DNA of 63,928 nucleotides, filler included, from Conidiobolus incongruus B7586 (taxonomy: Eukaryota): NCBI GenBank assembly GCA_000697335.1. It is 18 parts of 18 records of this genome, joined end to end, with 100 filler letters (N's around TTAATTAATTAA, not from the genome) between each part and the next. Parts side by side here need not be neighbours in the genome. Positions count along the whole stretch, not along the records: positions 27,704 to 31,897 come from JNEM01005344.1; positions 31,998 to 33,081 come from JNEM01005345.1; positions 33,182 to 34,571 come from JNEM01005347.1; positions 34,672 to 36,047 come from JNEM01005348.1; positions 36,148 to 42,285 come from JNEM01005350.1; positions 42,386 to 43,498 come from JNEM01005351.1; positions 43,599 to 44,905 come from JNEM01005352.1; 11 more parts are not named here. One strand, given 5' to 3'. The notes beneath the pieces were generated by a model. The model ran no database searches and had not been told where the DNA came from. It saw only the letters and a list, made by a program, of their open reading frames with translations. How positions within the stretch are numbered: the first letter of the stretch is position 1; each line of letters starts with the position of its first letter. The position numbers were made by a program, and so were the translations under genes. This document shows positions 28,499 through 43,907 of this stretch, piece by piece.

Positions 28499-29661
28499 AA
28501 ATCTGTTGTTAGCCTTCAAACTATCCCATTGAAATAAAATTAATTTGATATCAATAAAATAATTGATATACAATCAAAAAAGCTTTGATATATATCAATC
28601 TTCATTATGGGTATAAGGCATATAATTTCAGTATTATAATATAATTATTCTAAAATCTTTCAAATTATTTTTAATTGATATTAATATATTTTATTATACA
28701 ATTGAAGATTAACTATATAGAAAATACACATTTAAAGTATTTTGACTTATAATTATTTATTTTTTTTTAATATTATAAATTTGATAATTTGTAATGACAT
28801 TATCCTCCCCAAATCATTATATTAAAATGAATTTAAAAAATTCATAAATAATAAGAACTTTGTGAACAATGAAGGGTGGGTAATTGAAATACAATGTTTA
28901 AAGATGATGATAACTAAATTAATTACAATTTCGTATCAATCTGAATGTATTATGATCAAATTGGATCGTGATGAAATCAAATTTAAATTTTTGAGAATTA
29001 ATATTTGATATATGTCTACTTAGAGCACAATATATTCAATAAAAATATTAGTTGAATTTGTTATCAATATATATAATGAAAATTTTACTTTTAAAAATTT
29101 AATCTAAAACTAATATTAAATATAGTTAGTATTGGGTTTAAAATCTAATAAAAAATTTAACAATAAAAAGAATCGAAGGTGATTTATCAATTTAATACAA
29201 TTCAGTAGTGTGAATAACAAATTTTTATTCAAAATAAATTCTAAACATTAATGAATATAGTAACTTTAATTAAATTACCCTCCAAATACATATACTTTAA
29301 ATTTATTAATTAATTCAAATAAAACAATTCCAATAATTTATATTTCTATTATAGTATAATTATTGGAATTTAATTGAAATTTTGTACCATTTGATTATTA
29401 TATGTTAAATTCAAAGTGTTCTTAAAATTCGGGTAAAACTTATAACTGAAAGAGTTGAACTACATTACTAGTTTTTACAATATAATAAAATATACCAATG
29501 AGTTAAACTAGCATTGTCCAATAAATTTTTGTTAAATAATCCTTTCAAAACAATTGTAAACCAAATTTTCGGAAAAATCCCATAATAAAAATTCAATTTA
29601 TGATTAAATTAAATTCAATTCCTAAGTTCAACCATATCAACATTCAATCAATAACAAAATT

Positions 29662-30991
29662 ATGGATCAAGACAAAGCCAACAAACTATTTGAACTAGGT
29701 GGCAAGTTGGTTATCTTCAACTATCCTGTAGGTTGGGAATTCGCTATAGATTTACACAGTTGGAAAATTGACAAGAATTTTAAGGGACTAAAATTTATTC
29801 CTCCTGGCATACATTTACTAAGTTTCAGGTAAAATATATTTCTAGTTTTGGATTTTTGTTATTGATGTATGGGCTAATAGACCGGATGATATGAATTCAA
29901 CAGTACCGGATAGTCATTCTATAGTGTTGGAATTTCACGAAAAACAAGTAACCATTTTATTAAAATATTAAAATTTTGGATTAACGGTTGTAGACTTGGG
30001 TATTAGAATGGGATGAAATGAATGAAATTTTGAAGAATATATCTATTGACGATCCATCACAAGCTCATAGAGTCGCTCACGGTAATCTGAATCCAATCGT
30101 TATAATAATATAACTCATTATGATATAGATATCCAGTATTTTGACCAATTTATGGGTTATTATCCAATAGATCCTCCCACACAGTACCATGAATGGCAAC
30201 GACTTAGCAATTTTATTACATCAGATCTAATTAAGAAATCTCTACCTAGCGATGGAAATCTTGGGGAGATGAAATTTATTGAGATAGATTTCAAAAAGTG
30301 GATCTTGGACAACAAGGATAAGACAGGAAGTTTGAGAACGAGTGAAATGTTGGATAAATCCAACTATTTGGATTATTTAATCACACAGCAATACAAAGGT
30401 AATCCCACAAAATCATCCATAGTCCCTATGTTAACTTCAAATAGATGAAAATTTACTTCTAGGAGACTTCCAACTCAGTTTCCTCTCCCTCTATCTCGGT
30501 CATCAATTCAAAGGTCTTGACCACTGGAAAACAATTGTTCAATTAATTTGTCAGTCCCCAACTTATTTTCAAAATCATTTGAAATTCGCTATTAAATTCC
30601 TAGGTAATTCAGTCACAAATGGTGTATAATAGATACTAATTTTGTAGATACCCTGCATAGACAATTGTCCCATCTGCCAGAAGATTTTTTCCAATCAGAT
30701 ATTACTTCGGATAATTTTTTAATCCCCATGCTCCAAGTACTTCTCTACTTTACTCCCTCATCATCTCTCTTACTAACCCCATTTTAGGAACTTCACAAGA
30801 GTCTAACGGAAATCCAACTTGCTAACACGACGTCAACGGATCTCAAGCGAAGTCACAAAAATTTAATGAATTTACTACACAACAGATTCCAATTGGATAT
30901 TCAGTCATTGGCTGTGGATGAAAACGAATTCCACAGCTTGGAGGAATTATTAGCTTTGGGTGAGGATGCTCCCACAATTGTAGAGTTATAA
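29662..30991 (+). CDS. AAR2: AAR2 U5 snRNP assembly factor, 7 exons: 29662-29828, 29881-29947, 29994-30081, 30129-30398, 30445-30603, 30648-30736, 30788-30991
   Basis: Manual splicing at GT..AG gives a continuous frame: MDQDKANKLFELGG..FAIDLHSWKIDKNFKGLKFIPPGIH, FDQFMGYYP, LLGDFQLSF..HWKTIVQLIC, QLSHLPEDFF..DNFL and C-terminal GEDAPTIVEL*, all characteristic of AAR2. Confidence 0.92.
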
Positions 30992-32039
30992 ATTTAGGGT
31001 ATTAATAAATTATACATTAGTTTCAATATTATTTCAGAATTTTTGTAAGATACACTATTTATGATAGCAATAAAATATTTAATTAAATTTTAATTATATT
31101 AATGTATTTGAAAAGGGGTCAAAATCATCTACAAAGGAAAATTTGCTCAAGAAATAACGCTCACTTAACATTTTTAAAACACCATGAGAATTGATACCAC
31201 TCCAATCCTCTATCACATTCTTTGTTAATGGTTGATTTTAATTATATTTATTTTTGATTTTCCCTCTAAGTAAACAAATTTAAATAGTATTTAATAATCA
31301 AAACCAAAATATAGAATGAATTTCTAATATATTCATTGTTGAAGCCTGTTCCATTTAACTAACTAATTCGATTTTACCATTAATCACTTAGTATATTCAA
31401 TTGAATAAAATTTCAAATTAATAATATAATACCTATTAAATTTTTAATAAAAAAAATGATCAGATATTTTTTTCATCATTTTTAATATAACCAATTATTC
31501 AATATAATTGATATTATAATTACCATAATATATTGGTCCCTCAAGCATGAACTAAATAGGTAAATCTTTTCTAATTAATTCTTTAAATTTTTTTACTTTT
31601 ATAAAACTATATAAAAATAAGTATGCACCTAATTAACAATCAAAAGAATTTTTTAATTGATTCTTTTTATTATATGATAAATATATTATAAAAAATTTTT
31701 TTTATTTTTTCTAAAAATTATTATATCGCGAAAATTTAAAAAATTATAATATATTAAATATAAAATATTTAAAAAAAATTATAAATATTATACTATCCCT
31801 CTATTATATTGAATAGTTAGTTTTTTTTCTTGGTTATTCTTATATAATTTTTCAAATTAAATATATTAAAACGTTTAATTATATTAGTTTAAAAAGANNN
31901 NNNNNNNNNNNNNNNNNNNNNNNNNNNNNNNNNNNNNNNNNTTAATTAATTAANNNNNNNNNNNNNNNNNNNNNNNNNNNNNNNNNNNNNNNNNNNNATT
32001 TTTATCTTAAAATTTAATTATTTAATTTAAATTTTATTA

Positions 32040-33081
32040 GAAAATCATAGTGATTTTCGTAATATTCTTAATTAACCAAATTTTATAATAAATTAATATA
32101 TAAATTAAATATTATAAATATTTAAATTTTATTTAAGTCATATATTTATAAAATTTGGTAATAAAAAAAGATTAAAACTTATTATATCCATTTTTTGCTT
32201 TTTTAACTTTTTTAAATATATAGGGTATAAAGTTTATTAATTTTTTATATTAAGAATGATTAATTTTATTTTAAGCTTCTTGAATATATATTTAATATTG
32301 ATTCAAATATTTTGTTAATAGGAAAGTTTTAATTGTTTTTTTAACTGATTTTAAAGGTATTTAATTAGAATAAGGTTAGGGGATTAAAAAGATTATTTTA
32401 TAACTATTATTTTTTTTATTTTTATATTATTTGGTAATAAAAATAATAAAATAACAAAATGTATTATTTTGTTGAAAAATAATATCTAATTTATTAAACC
32501 TTAATAATTCAATAATATTTTTAAATAATTATCCAAAATATTTTAATATAGCTTATTATTAATTCCCCTATTAATTTTATAAAAATATTTTATATCAGAA
32601 GTTAATATATATTTCTATATTAAAATTGACCTATTATTATATTTTTGGGTTAAAATAAAATAATGGGTATAAAATAATTTTTTGTTTTTTTGAAATATTT
32701 AGCTTTTTTATTAAATTTACTAAGATATATATTGGTTTTATCATATTAAATAACCATATTTTAATCATAATTAATTCAACTCTAATAATGGCATTTAAAC
32801 TCTTACTTAACTTTATAATAGGACTTTATTAGTTAAGGAAGTTTTTGATTAAAATTTGAGTAATATCTATTATAATATAATGATTTTTATATAATAATAT
32901 TAATACTAACTAATATTTTTGGATAGTTTTATAAGTTTTTCTATATTTTTATAATAATAATATACTTATTCAAATTAAATAATTTATAAATATACTTTTT
33001 ATCATATTGATTTATGATTTTAATATATTTAAGTTTAAATTTGTCTTTATATATATTTTAAAAAACTTTAATTATAATAAA
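32040..33081 (-). mobile_element. Degenerate Tc1 relic
   Basis: Reverse complement is colinear with 60720-61640. Confidence 0.8.
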
Positions 33082-33181
33082 NNNNNNNNNNNNNNNNNNN
33101 NNNNNNNNNNNNNNNNNNNNNNNNNTTAATTAATTAANNNNNNNNNNNNNNNNNNNNNNNNNNNNNNNNNNNNNNNNNNNN

Positions 33182-34473
33182 GATACAATTTTAAAATTAA
33201 AATTAACAATATAAATTAAAATAAAATATATAAAATTTATTAAATAATATAAAATTTATAACTTCATTTACTATTAATAACTTTTTTCTATATTTTTAAT
33301 AAGCTTTAAATACTTATAAAATAGTTCTTTTTATTAAAGACTGAAATTTAATATTTTATAAACCAATTTAATTTATTTATAAGAATATTTTTCCTACAAA
33401 TTGATTTTTTAATTGTTTAAAACATTTACAATTACATAGGTTATAAATAAGTGAATATACTACGTATAATAACTCTTTTTTATATATATAAAACTTTTTA
33501 CAACTTTAGCTTTATATATTTTGTAATTATTATGCAAAATAATTGATATTATAAATTTATATTAAGAACACCATTTAAAAATTGTTTTATTAAACAAATT
33601 AATATAAAATTTACTATTAATTGATTTTTCTTGAGATATTAAATAAGGAAATTATATATTATTATATTCTATTATATAATTATCATTTGTTTATATTTAA
33701 AGAATTTATTTATTAAAATTTATAAAAAGGATTAATTTAGTTTATCCTAACATTGTATTTTATTTTTAGATAAAGGATTATATAAATAAATTTAAAATTC
33801 ATCAATTATAAGTATATGCTGTAAAAACCTTTGTTTTTAGTTATATCTTAGTAAGTTTAGCTTAACTATAGTTATTTTGATTCTTTTAAGCTTTTGTTAA
33901 ATTATAAGATATTTATTTTATATTTTTATTAATTAATCTGAATTTAAACTTCACTATATATAATATACTTAGATAATTAATTTTAAATTATTTTGATAAT
34001 TCTCTAACTAAAATAAAAAGTTGTTTTTTGATATATTTTTTTATTATTTTATAAGTAAAAAAATGATAATAAAAATTAATCTTTTAGATTTTAACAAATT
34101 TTAAATAATGTCCCTTTTAACATTAAAATCACAAATCTAATAATATATGGAAGTTTTAAATAAAATATCATCTTTATAAGCTATTTATAAGTTTTAAATA
34201 ATTTTAAAAGACCTATAGTTAAGTTTTAAGAATACAAAAATGAAAGCCTTTTGATAATTATTATCTAGTTTAAAAATGATTAAATTTAAATATAAATTTT
34301 AAAATCAAAATATTTTAATAACAAAATAATTAAAATTAAATATATATATATATATATAGTTTAAAAAAATTTATTTTCCTATATATTTTATATATAAATA
34401 ATCTATCAAAATATATAATATGTTTGAAAAATCAGAAATTACAAAATTTGCCATTTCTTAATTTCCATACTAA
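33182..34473 (-). mobile_element. Near full-length degenerate mariner
   Basis: Reverse complement is colinear with 25963-27260. Left TIR with flanking TA at 34443-34475. Confidence 0.9.
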
Positions 34474-34729
34474 TATTAATATATTATTAATATTATTAAT
34501 AAATTTGTTTAAAATATCAATATATATTAAATTTATTAGTAAGGAATATATAAACTTAAAATATATTATATNNNNNNNNNNNNNNNNNNNNNNNNNNNNN
34601 NNNNNNNNNNNNNNNTTAATTAATTAANNNNNNNNNNNNNNNNNNNNNNNNNNNNNNNNNNNNNNNNNNNNAATAAATTTATAGGTAATTTTGATTTTAT
34701 AACTTATTTTTATAGGTTAATGTATTTTT

Positions 34730-35990
34730 ATTAATTACTTTATTAATTCTTGATTAAACATATCTAAATTAAAATATATAATAAAATTATATTATTTACT
34801 TATAATAATATATATTTAATTAAATTATATTAACCTATAGTTGATATATTAAGATTTAAGCTTTATTTAAGATAAGTCATATATTTGTATATTTAAGTTA
34901 TAAAAAGAAAATTTAAACTTAGTATATTTATCTTTGGCTATTTTAACTTTCTTAAGTTTACAAGGTATAAAGTGAAGTAAATTTTTATATTAAGAAAGAT
35001 TAATTTGGTTTTAAGTTTTTTAAAAATATTTCTAAGGCTTATTTATATTTTTTACTGATAGAAAGACTTTAACTACTTTTTTTAACTAATCATTAATATA
35101 TTTAATTAGATTAAAGTTTAAGGATTAAAACTGCTATTTTATAGCTATTATTTTATTATTTTTAAATAATTTGGAATTAGAAATAATAATATAACAATGT
35201 ATATTATCTAATTAAAAAATATTATCTAATATATTTAACTTATATTATACAATAGTTTTTTTAATTTATTATTTAGAATATTTTAATATATTTGAATATT
35301 AATTCTTTTATCGACTTTATAAAGAAATTTTATACTAAAAGATAATATATATTCTTAAATTATAATTAACCTATTATTATATTTTTAGGTTGAAATATCA
35401 TAATAGATATAAAGTAGTTCTTTGTTTTTTCTGAAATATTTAGCTTTTTTATTAAATCTATTAAAATATATTATTGTTTGATTAGATTAAATAGCCTTAC
35501 TCTAATCAGTTTTATTTTAATTCTAATAGTTATATTTAAACTTTTACCTAACCTTATAATAAAATATCTTTAGTTAAAAGTGTTTTTTTAAATATAAGTA
35601 ATATTTATTATAATATAAAGTTTATATAATAGTATTAATAGTAATTGATATTCTTATATAATTTAATAATTCTTTTTATACTTTTAAAAAAAATTATATT
35701 TATTTATATTTACCAACCTATAAATATATCTTTTATTATATATATTTATAATTTTAATATATTTAAATATAAGTTTAGATATATCTTTATCATAATTTTT
35801 AATAATCTTAACTATAATAGACTAACTAACTTTAATAATTCCAATAATCATATAAATTGATTTATTTTAACTATAGAGTTAATTAATATATAAATGAATA
35901 TTTTTAACGAGGGATTTAGGTATTTTATTAATATTTGTATTTAAAAAAATAGTATATATATATATATAAATGAATAAAAGATAAAAAATT
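34730..35990 (-). mobile_element. Degenerate Tc1 relic, plus a Tc1 TIR tip at ~34690-34714
   Basis: Reverse complement is colinear with 42390-43497. Confidence 0.82.
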
Positions 35991-38204
35991 TAAGTAATTT
36001 TTTTTATATATTTTTTTAACTTATAAACTTATAAATCTATTACTAAANNNNNNNNNNNNNNNNNNNNNNNNNNNNNNNNNNNNNNNNNNNNTTAATTAAT
36101 TAANNNNNNNNNNNNNNNNNNNNNNNNNNNNNNNNNNNNNNNNNNNNGAATTAAAATAGATAAATATTTTTATATTAATTTTTATATTATTTAATATATT
36201 AAAAATTAACTATTTATATCAATAGTTTATATATTATTAAATTTTAAAAAGTTTTATTTTAATTATGGAATAATTTATATAGTAATATATCTTGAATTAA
36301 TATATAACAGTATTTTTAATAATTTTCTACTCATTTATATAATAATAGAGGACTTGTAATTAAGTTTTAACAAAATTAAAATGAACAACTTCTGAATATT
36401 ATTATTTATATCATTATTATTAGTTTAAATAATGAATTAATACAACATAACATTAAATAACAATATAAATTTAATTTAAAATTAAATATTCTTTTATTTA
36501 TATGTTATATAATTTTTTAAGTTTATATATTTTAATAATTATAAATTAAAAAATTAGCCATATCTATTGACTTTAAAGTGATAATTAGAATATAAATTTA
36601 AAAATGAGCTTTCAAAATGTTAATTTTACTTTAATGAGGTTATAAATATATTATAATATTAGGATTAAGAAATTAATAACATAAATCATAATGATAATGA
36701 GTTTTAATTTAAAAATATTTCAAAAAATTAAACAATGATTATAATTAATAGCTCACAAAGTTCCGTATTCTATCAGTAAAATTAATATTTCAAGATTATA
36801 ACTTTGTTTATTATTTATTATTCAAGAATATTAATATTTAATTTTTTAGTTCAGATACTTTAATTAACAAAATTTACCATCTGATATTTAATGTCAATTT
36901 AAAAAAAATTATAATTTGGCAGAATTTGAAAATGATAATGAAAATATTTGTAATATAAATTAATAAATTTTAATACATTCATAATTATTAGCTATATAAA
37001 CCAAATATATTGATATTTGTATTGTAAACGTTTCAAATGAACATTTACTTAAACTTTTGTCTATTGTTAAAATAGATTATTTTAATAAATACTATACGTA
37101 GTATAACGTGTTCTAAGAAGAAACATCAAATCATAAACATACATTTGATTTTTAGATAGTTGGTTAAAAATTATTTTAGAATAAAGATTTTGTTTAAATG
37201 AATGAAAAATTCAATCTCCTAAAATGTTACAAATTTTAAAATTTTTAATAAGAATATTATAAACTATAGTTTATATTGAAAAGAATTGTAAAATCCTTTT
37301 AGTAAATTTATTATTTAATATTGTGTTTTAATATATTTGCATAATAAATAATATATAATATATTAATTTCCAATTTAATATATACAATTTTAATTAAAAT
37401 TTTGGTTTTAGTTAAAAAAAATTATAAAAAATAAATTAATAAAATTTAATAAGTAAAAATATTAATATAAAGAAAAAATTTATATTTAATCCAAATATTA
37501 ATTTTATTATAAAATAATTTTTAATACTTTAAAATTTAAAAAAAATTATAATTAAAAATATAACAACTAATTATCATATGTTAATTAAATTCATTAATTT
37601 AAATCGTATGTTTTCCCAAACAACTAAAAAATTAATTAATATAAATTATTGAGTACTTCCCTTTAATTACGTAAGATTTGATTTCGAATATTACATTAAC
37701 ATTATATAAAATAATAAGGTATTTAATAAATTTTATTAAAGTTATTAAATATAAAAGTTATAATTAATTATAATAATAATAGTAATGATAATAAATATAG
37801 CAATAATAATATAATATGATAATAATGATGAAATATTTGTATGTTAAACCCTGAATAACATATATACACACTTAAGAATATATACTGTAATACAATAATT
37901 AGTATATGTACAACCGATAGTCTAAAAAGGTGAGATTGTATTTGCATTATTGGTGTTGATGTGCTTCAACAATAAGTTACATGAATAATCTATCAAATAG
38001 TTATTCAAGCTGAATAGAATTGAATAGATAATATATATGCCCTTTTAGATGTAGCAAGGTAGTACCAAACATTACTGAGTCAAAATAGTCAAGTATCCAA
38101 TTATATAAAAATATAATATGATACTTGTATTTGATGTATATATCAAAACTGAAAATTTATTAAAATGATAAATGATAAATTATTGTAAAAGAAATTAGTG
38201 GATA

Positions 38205-40369
38205 TTATTCGTATAGATTGTCAATAATTTTCTTGTAGTGTTCATTCAGTTTGGGACGACATAATTTGGATCTATATTAATGAAGAAATTGATTAATATT
38301 AAATTCATATTTAATATTAAAGCACTTACGTTGGGGTTAAGAGTCCAGAATCAATTGTAAATTGTTCAACTTCCAAGTAAATGGATTTAGGATAGGCGAA
38401 TCTAGTTAAAACGTTAATATTCGTTGAATAATATAATTTTAAATGGGATAATTACTTGGGTAATTTGTGTTCTTCACACAGTTTGATGAAATCTTTGAAG
38501 ATTGCCTCTTGAACTTTGGGGTCAGTGGATACTTTTTGTATGTCAAAGGGTTCCATTTTGCCAAATTTAGATTCGTACCATTTCTGAATATTTTCAGGAT
38601 CTAAGCAAGCGATGACAACTGGTGCATTTTCTGTACGTTTGCCAGTCACCCAAGCAATATTCACTGCTGGATGTTTAACAAAAGCAATTTCAATGACTTC
38701 GGGAGTGATGAATTCACCTTGACTTAATTTGAATAGACTGGATTTACGATCTATAATTGTTAAGAAGCCATTTTCATCAATATAACCAATATCTCCAGTC
38801 TTGTAGAATCCATATGAGTCAAAGCACTCTTCCGTTTTTTCGGGTAGCTTATAGTAACCTTTGAATATATTGGATCCTCTCACTAAAATTTCACCTCTTG
38901 GATATGGTCTATCATCAACTGTGTAATTCATCTCTGGGACACTTTGCAACTTGAACTCACACATGAATGCTGGAGGTCCTACATGACCAGCTTGAAAATT
39001 GTCCATAGGAGTAATACTAATCATAGCACTCGTCTCACTAGCTCCATAACCTTCATTAACGGGGCAGCATAAGGAAGCTCTGAGGAAATCGAGAGCTTTG
39101 GGATTGAGAGGAGCACTTCCTGAGCTCACATAGCAGAGTCTACCACCAAAAATATTTCTAATTTTACTAAAGATTATTTTATCCCAAATAATGTGAGTAG
39201 TTTGTCCAGTAGCTTTCATGTTCTGAATTTTCGTATTCAATGCCATTTGGAACAGAGTCTTCGTTAAACCTTTTTGAGATTCGAATTTTGCCATAACACT
39301 ATCATAAACCCGGTTCAGAAGTCTTGGCACAGAGGAGAAATGGGTTGGCTTACACTGCTGAATATCGTCCAGGAGCCTTTTAACGTCACCAGTATAAAAT
39401 CCAACCTTTCCTCCATGCCAAATAGTAGTTTGAAGTACCATCTTTTCGTAACAGTGAGATAGTGGCATATATGAAATGTGACATGGATCTTTTTGAACAT
39501 ATGGACTTATCAACACTTTACAGAAGTAGGAAGTGATAAGGTAATTACGATGGGTTTGGATGACTCCTTTGGGAGTTCCTGTAGTCCCAGATGTATAACA
39601 TAAACTAGCGATATCGTCTGCTTTGGGTAGTTGGAAAGGATACTTATTCTTCATACCTAACTCCATCAAAGTATCCATGTCCATTAATTCGAGTTGTGTA
39701 CTACTTTTTGCCCACATCTCTAATGCTTTGGATGCAGTGTCATCTTTTTGCAATGGGTCCATACAGATAATTATACGAAGGTGGTGAAACTTACTTGCAT
39801 TTGCCAAAATGTTAGGTAATTTATCTGCACTTGTGACTAGGATAGGGCATTTGGTATGGTTGAGGATATATTCCAGTACGGTTGGACCGAACGTATCATA
39901 CAATCCAACTGACACTAATTTAAAGTAACCACATGCAAAATCAGTCAGCATCCACTCTGGTCGATTAATTGCATAGATACCAACACAGTTAACCTCTCCA
40001 TCCTGTACCAAACTGTGTGTTTGAAAAAGATGGTTGATACCGTTAGCAATGTTATGCACTTGAGTTAATGCAACGTCATAGTTGGTCCATTTGTAAGGCT
40101 CATAAGTATTAGTTTCCTTTCTATATGGTCTAATACCATAGCATGGGTATGTGCTATAATTTTCAGCAACTGAAGCAAATTCAAAATTAATAACTGTAAG
40201 ATATAAGAATAAGAGTTGATGAACAGTTACCATGAGTAAAAAGTTCAGGTAAAGTTTGAGGTCCATCTTTAGGAACTGACAATAATTCCTCTACATAATC
40301 ACAGTGACGATAAATTGGAGTCTCTTCTCCTTGAACAAAATCTTGACTTTGAACTATTTTACCTGACAT
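38205..40369 (-). CDS. Long-chain fatty acyl-CoA synthetase (ACSL/FAA family), 4 exons: 40369-40231, 40169-38456, 38401-38330, 38271-38205
   Basis: AMP-binding motifs YTSGTTGTPKG, YMPLSHCYE, EGYGASET, PRGEILVRG and KTGDIG..IIDRK. Spliced ends restore the start MSGKIV and the C-terminus FTIDSGLLTPTSKLCRPKL..NLYE*. Confidence 0.95.
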
Positions 40370-42385
40370 ATTTTAAACTAATAATTGATTATTTTACAGA
40401 CTTTTTTCAACTGAATAGTGTGATAACGATGCAAAAAAGAATTACGTAGTTTAAAGAGATTCTAGGTATTTTATATCAGGATTGCTATAAACACATTCAG
40501 GGCTGAAACTTGCATCGAAAGGGGGGTAAGTTCTTCGAACAAACAAATATGAAAACTGGAGCCAATAGGTGAAATCCATAGGTTTATTAATTGTCATTGA
40601 TTGGTAATTTAACTATAGAATAAACTTCTTTCATCATAGTGTTTTGAAATTGGAATTAGTTTCAATTTGAATTGAATATTATCCAATTTTAAACACACTA
40701 TTTCGAAAATATCATCATGTGAAAATCTAATCTTCTTTTATTTTAGTATAAATATTAACTGTCTGTTATGTTGTATTCAAATGTAATTCTTGTTTTTGAA
40801 TACTATACAATCATATTACCAAAGTAGATTGAATTGAAAATATTATATTACCTGTTATAAATTGAGGTATATAGATATATAATGATTAATCTAAAGTTTA
40901 TTTCTAAGTATGATGTCAAATGAATATCAAATTACGAATTACTTGTTTTAAATTGTAAAAATTGAATTATATAAATATTTTATTATATATTATATACTTT
41001 ATATTTTTGTAAAAAATATATATAACTATATAATATTAACGATTGATGTTATTGTGTCAACTAAATATTGAAATGTGATGCTTATTTGTCTAGTGAACCT
41101 ATTAATTAACCTAATCACGTTAATATATGACCTATGTAATAATATTTAAACTTTATCAAAATGAAATGCATTAATATATAATTTTTAATAAACAATATAA
41201 TAATCATATAATCAAAATTTCAGGACAGTTTAACCAATTTATTATTATATTACAATTATGAAGGACTATGTATACAACATTTATTTTTTTCAGAATTGAT
41301 AAAAATTCAATTTTTTGATTATAATTGGATTATGATTTCATATTTCAAATTTATTATATATAAATATACTAATCATTATAAATTGGTATATTGACTTAAT
41401 AATGATTCATTTTTTATTATTAATACTATTTTAAAAAATTATAATGATATTACCATTATAATTTATTATATTTTAAATAAGAATTAATATGATTGTTAAC
41501 TATTGGATATATACTTAATAAATAATTTTGATAAATTGTTATTTCAAATTTTGAATTTTGAAGGGGTAAGGGTTATAATATTATATGAACTTTATATAAT
41601 AAATAGCTATGCTATCACTCACTTTACTTAATATAAAATTTTCATATTTTTTCAATTTTAATATTAATATTTTGTTAATACTTTTCCCAGAATTTCCATT
41701 CGTTTTGAGTTCTCCTACCAATATTTGATTAAAACTTAAATATATTATAATTTATAATTTATAATATAAATTTTTGCATTGTACATTTCAATATATTTCA
41801 AACAATTTTAGGCTAAATATATTGTTATCATCCTTAGTTAAATAGGTATAATGCTAACTATGTTTTCGTTTTTTGAATAAAATATTTTAACATTTCATTA
41901 AATTATTTTATATAGCAAAAATAAATTTATAATAAAACTATATATATCCTAAGTAAATTTAAGTTATGATCAGTTTTTAATATCAAATAACCCTCTAATT
42001 AAGAAAAAAATAGTATATAAATTCAAAACACAAAATATATTCTAGAAAATAATTTTTAATCTTTTAAAAACTGGTATATTTAATTATTAAATTATTTACA
42101 AAATTTTATAAAAATTTAATTATAATTATAATAATATTTAAGCTTTAAAAAAATAAGTATATAAAATTTTTGTCTTTAAAGTTATATTTTTATTAAATGT
42201 TAATTCATAATTAAACCACCTTTGATTTGTAATTTTTTTAAAATTCATATTAAATTTATGATATTATTTTATTCTATAAAATTGGNNNNNNNNNNNNNNN
42301 NNNNNNNNNNNNNNNNNNNNNNNNNNNNNTTAATTAATTAANNNNNNNNNNNNNNNNNNNNNNNNNNNNNNNNNNNNNNNNNNNN

Positions 42386-43498
42386 TAATTTATAAAATTA
42401 TTAGAATTATTAATATTAGTAAAAATTTTTATAATAATTATATTAATAATTATAATAAAGATATATTTAAACTTAAACTTAAGTATATTAAAATTATAGA
42501 AAAATATGATAAAAGGTATATTTATAGGTTAGTTAATATAAGTAAATGTAATATTACTATAGAAATATAAAAAAAAATTATAAAACTATATAACAATGTT
42601 AGTTGATATTAATATTATTATATATGTTTTATATTATAATAGATACTACTTATATTTTAAAAAAACATCCTTAATTAAAAAAGTCTTATTATAAAGTTAA
42701 ATAAAAGTTTAAATATTATTATTAAAGTTGATTTGAAATTAATTAAAATAAAGTTATTTAATTTAATAAAATAAAAATATATTTTAATAAATTTAATAAA
42801 AAAGTTAAATATTTAAAAAAAAACTACTTTGTAACTAAAATGTTATTTTAATTTAAAAATATAATAATAGGTTAATTATAATTTAAAAATAGATATTATC
42901 TTTTAATATTAGATATCTTTATAAAATTAATAAAGGAATTAATATTAAGATATATTAAAATTTTATAAACAATAAATTAAAAAAACTATTGAATAATATA
43001 AGTTAAATAAATCAGATGTTATTTTCTAATAAGATAATACCTTTTGCTATATTATTATTTTTATTACCAAATAATTTAAAAATAATAAATAATAGTTATA
43101 AAGTAACCTTTTTAATCCTTTAACTTTAATTTAATTAAATATTTTTAAGATTAATTAAAGAAAGTAGTTAAAGCTTTCCCATTAGCAAAAAATTTAAATA
43201 AACTTTAAAAATATATTTAAAAAGCTTAAAACAAAATTAATCCTACTTAATATAAGAAGTTAATTGATTTTATACTTTATAAACTTAAGGAAGTTAGAAA
43301 AGCAAATGATAAATATATTAAGTTTTAATTTCTTTTTTATAACTAAAATACACAAATTTATAACTTATTTTAAATAAATTTAAACTTTAATATATCAACT
43401 AAAAGTTAATATAATTAAATCAAATATATTTAATTATAAATATATAATATAAGTTTATTATATATTTTAATTTAAATTAATTTAATTAAGAATTAACA
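42386..43498 (+). mobile_element. Degenerate Tc1 relic
   Basis: *PF*SFNFNLIK at ~43104 (WPSQSPDLNPIE); F**DNT (FQQDN); colinear with the other copies. Confidence 0.87.
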
Positions 43499-43598
43499 NN
43501 NNNNNNNNNNNNNNNNNNNNNNNNNNNNNNNNNNNNNNNNNNTTAATTAATTAANNNNNNNNNNNNNNNNNNNNNNNNNNNNNNNNNNNNNNNNNNNN

Positions 43599-43905
43599 TA
43601 TATTATATTATTATTTATTAATTTAAGTTTAAATTTTAATATATATAAAATACTTATAAGATTAATATTAAAATATTTAGATGATTTTTTTAAGTGAAAT
43701 AGAAAAATAGTTATTAATATAATTTTGCATACTATGAATAGTTATAAAAGTAATAATTAAAGTTAATTTTTTAAATAATTTCTCTATTAACCTTAAAATA
43801 ATTTACCAAGCAATAAATAGTTAATTTAAATAATATTCTATTACCAAAAATTGCTTATAAATTTTAAATAATTTTAAAGGATTTAAGGTTAAATTTAATT
43901 GATAA
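43599..43905 (-). mobile_element. Mariner fragment interrupted by a second mariner
   Basis: Colinear with 45720-46020 (N-terminal transposase region) and ends abruptly at TA 43906-43907. Confidence 0.7.
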
Positions 43906-43907
43906 TA

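Noticed and set aside
28900..28945. ATGATGA ... CTGA as a possible C/D snoRNA
   Set aside because: The boxes are only ~40 nt apart, with no terminal stem or recognisable guide.
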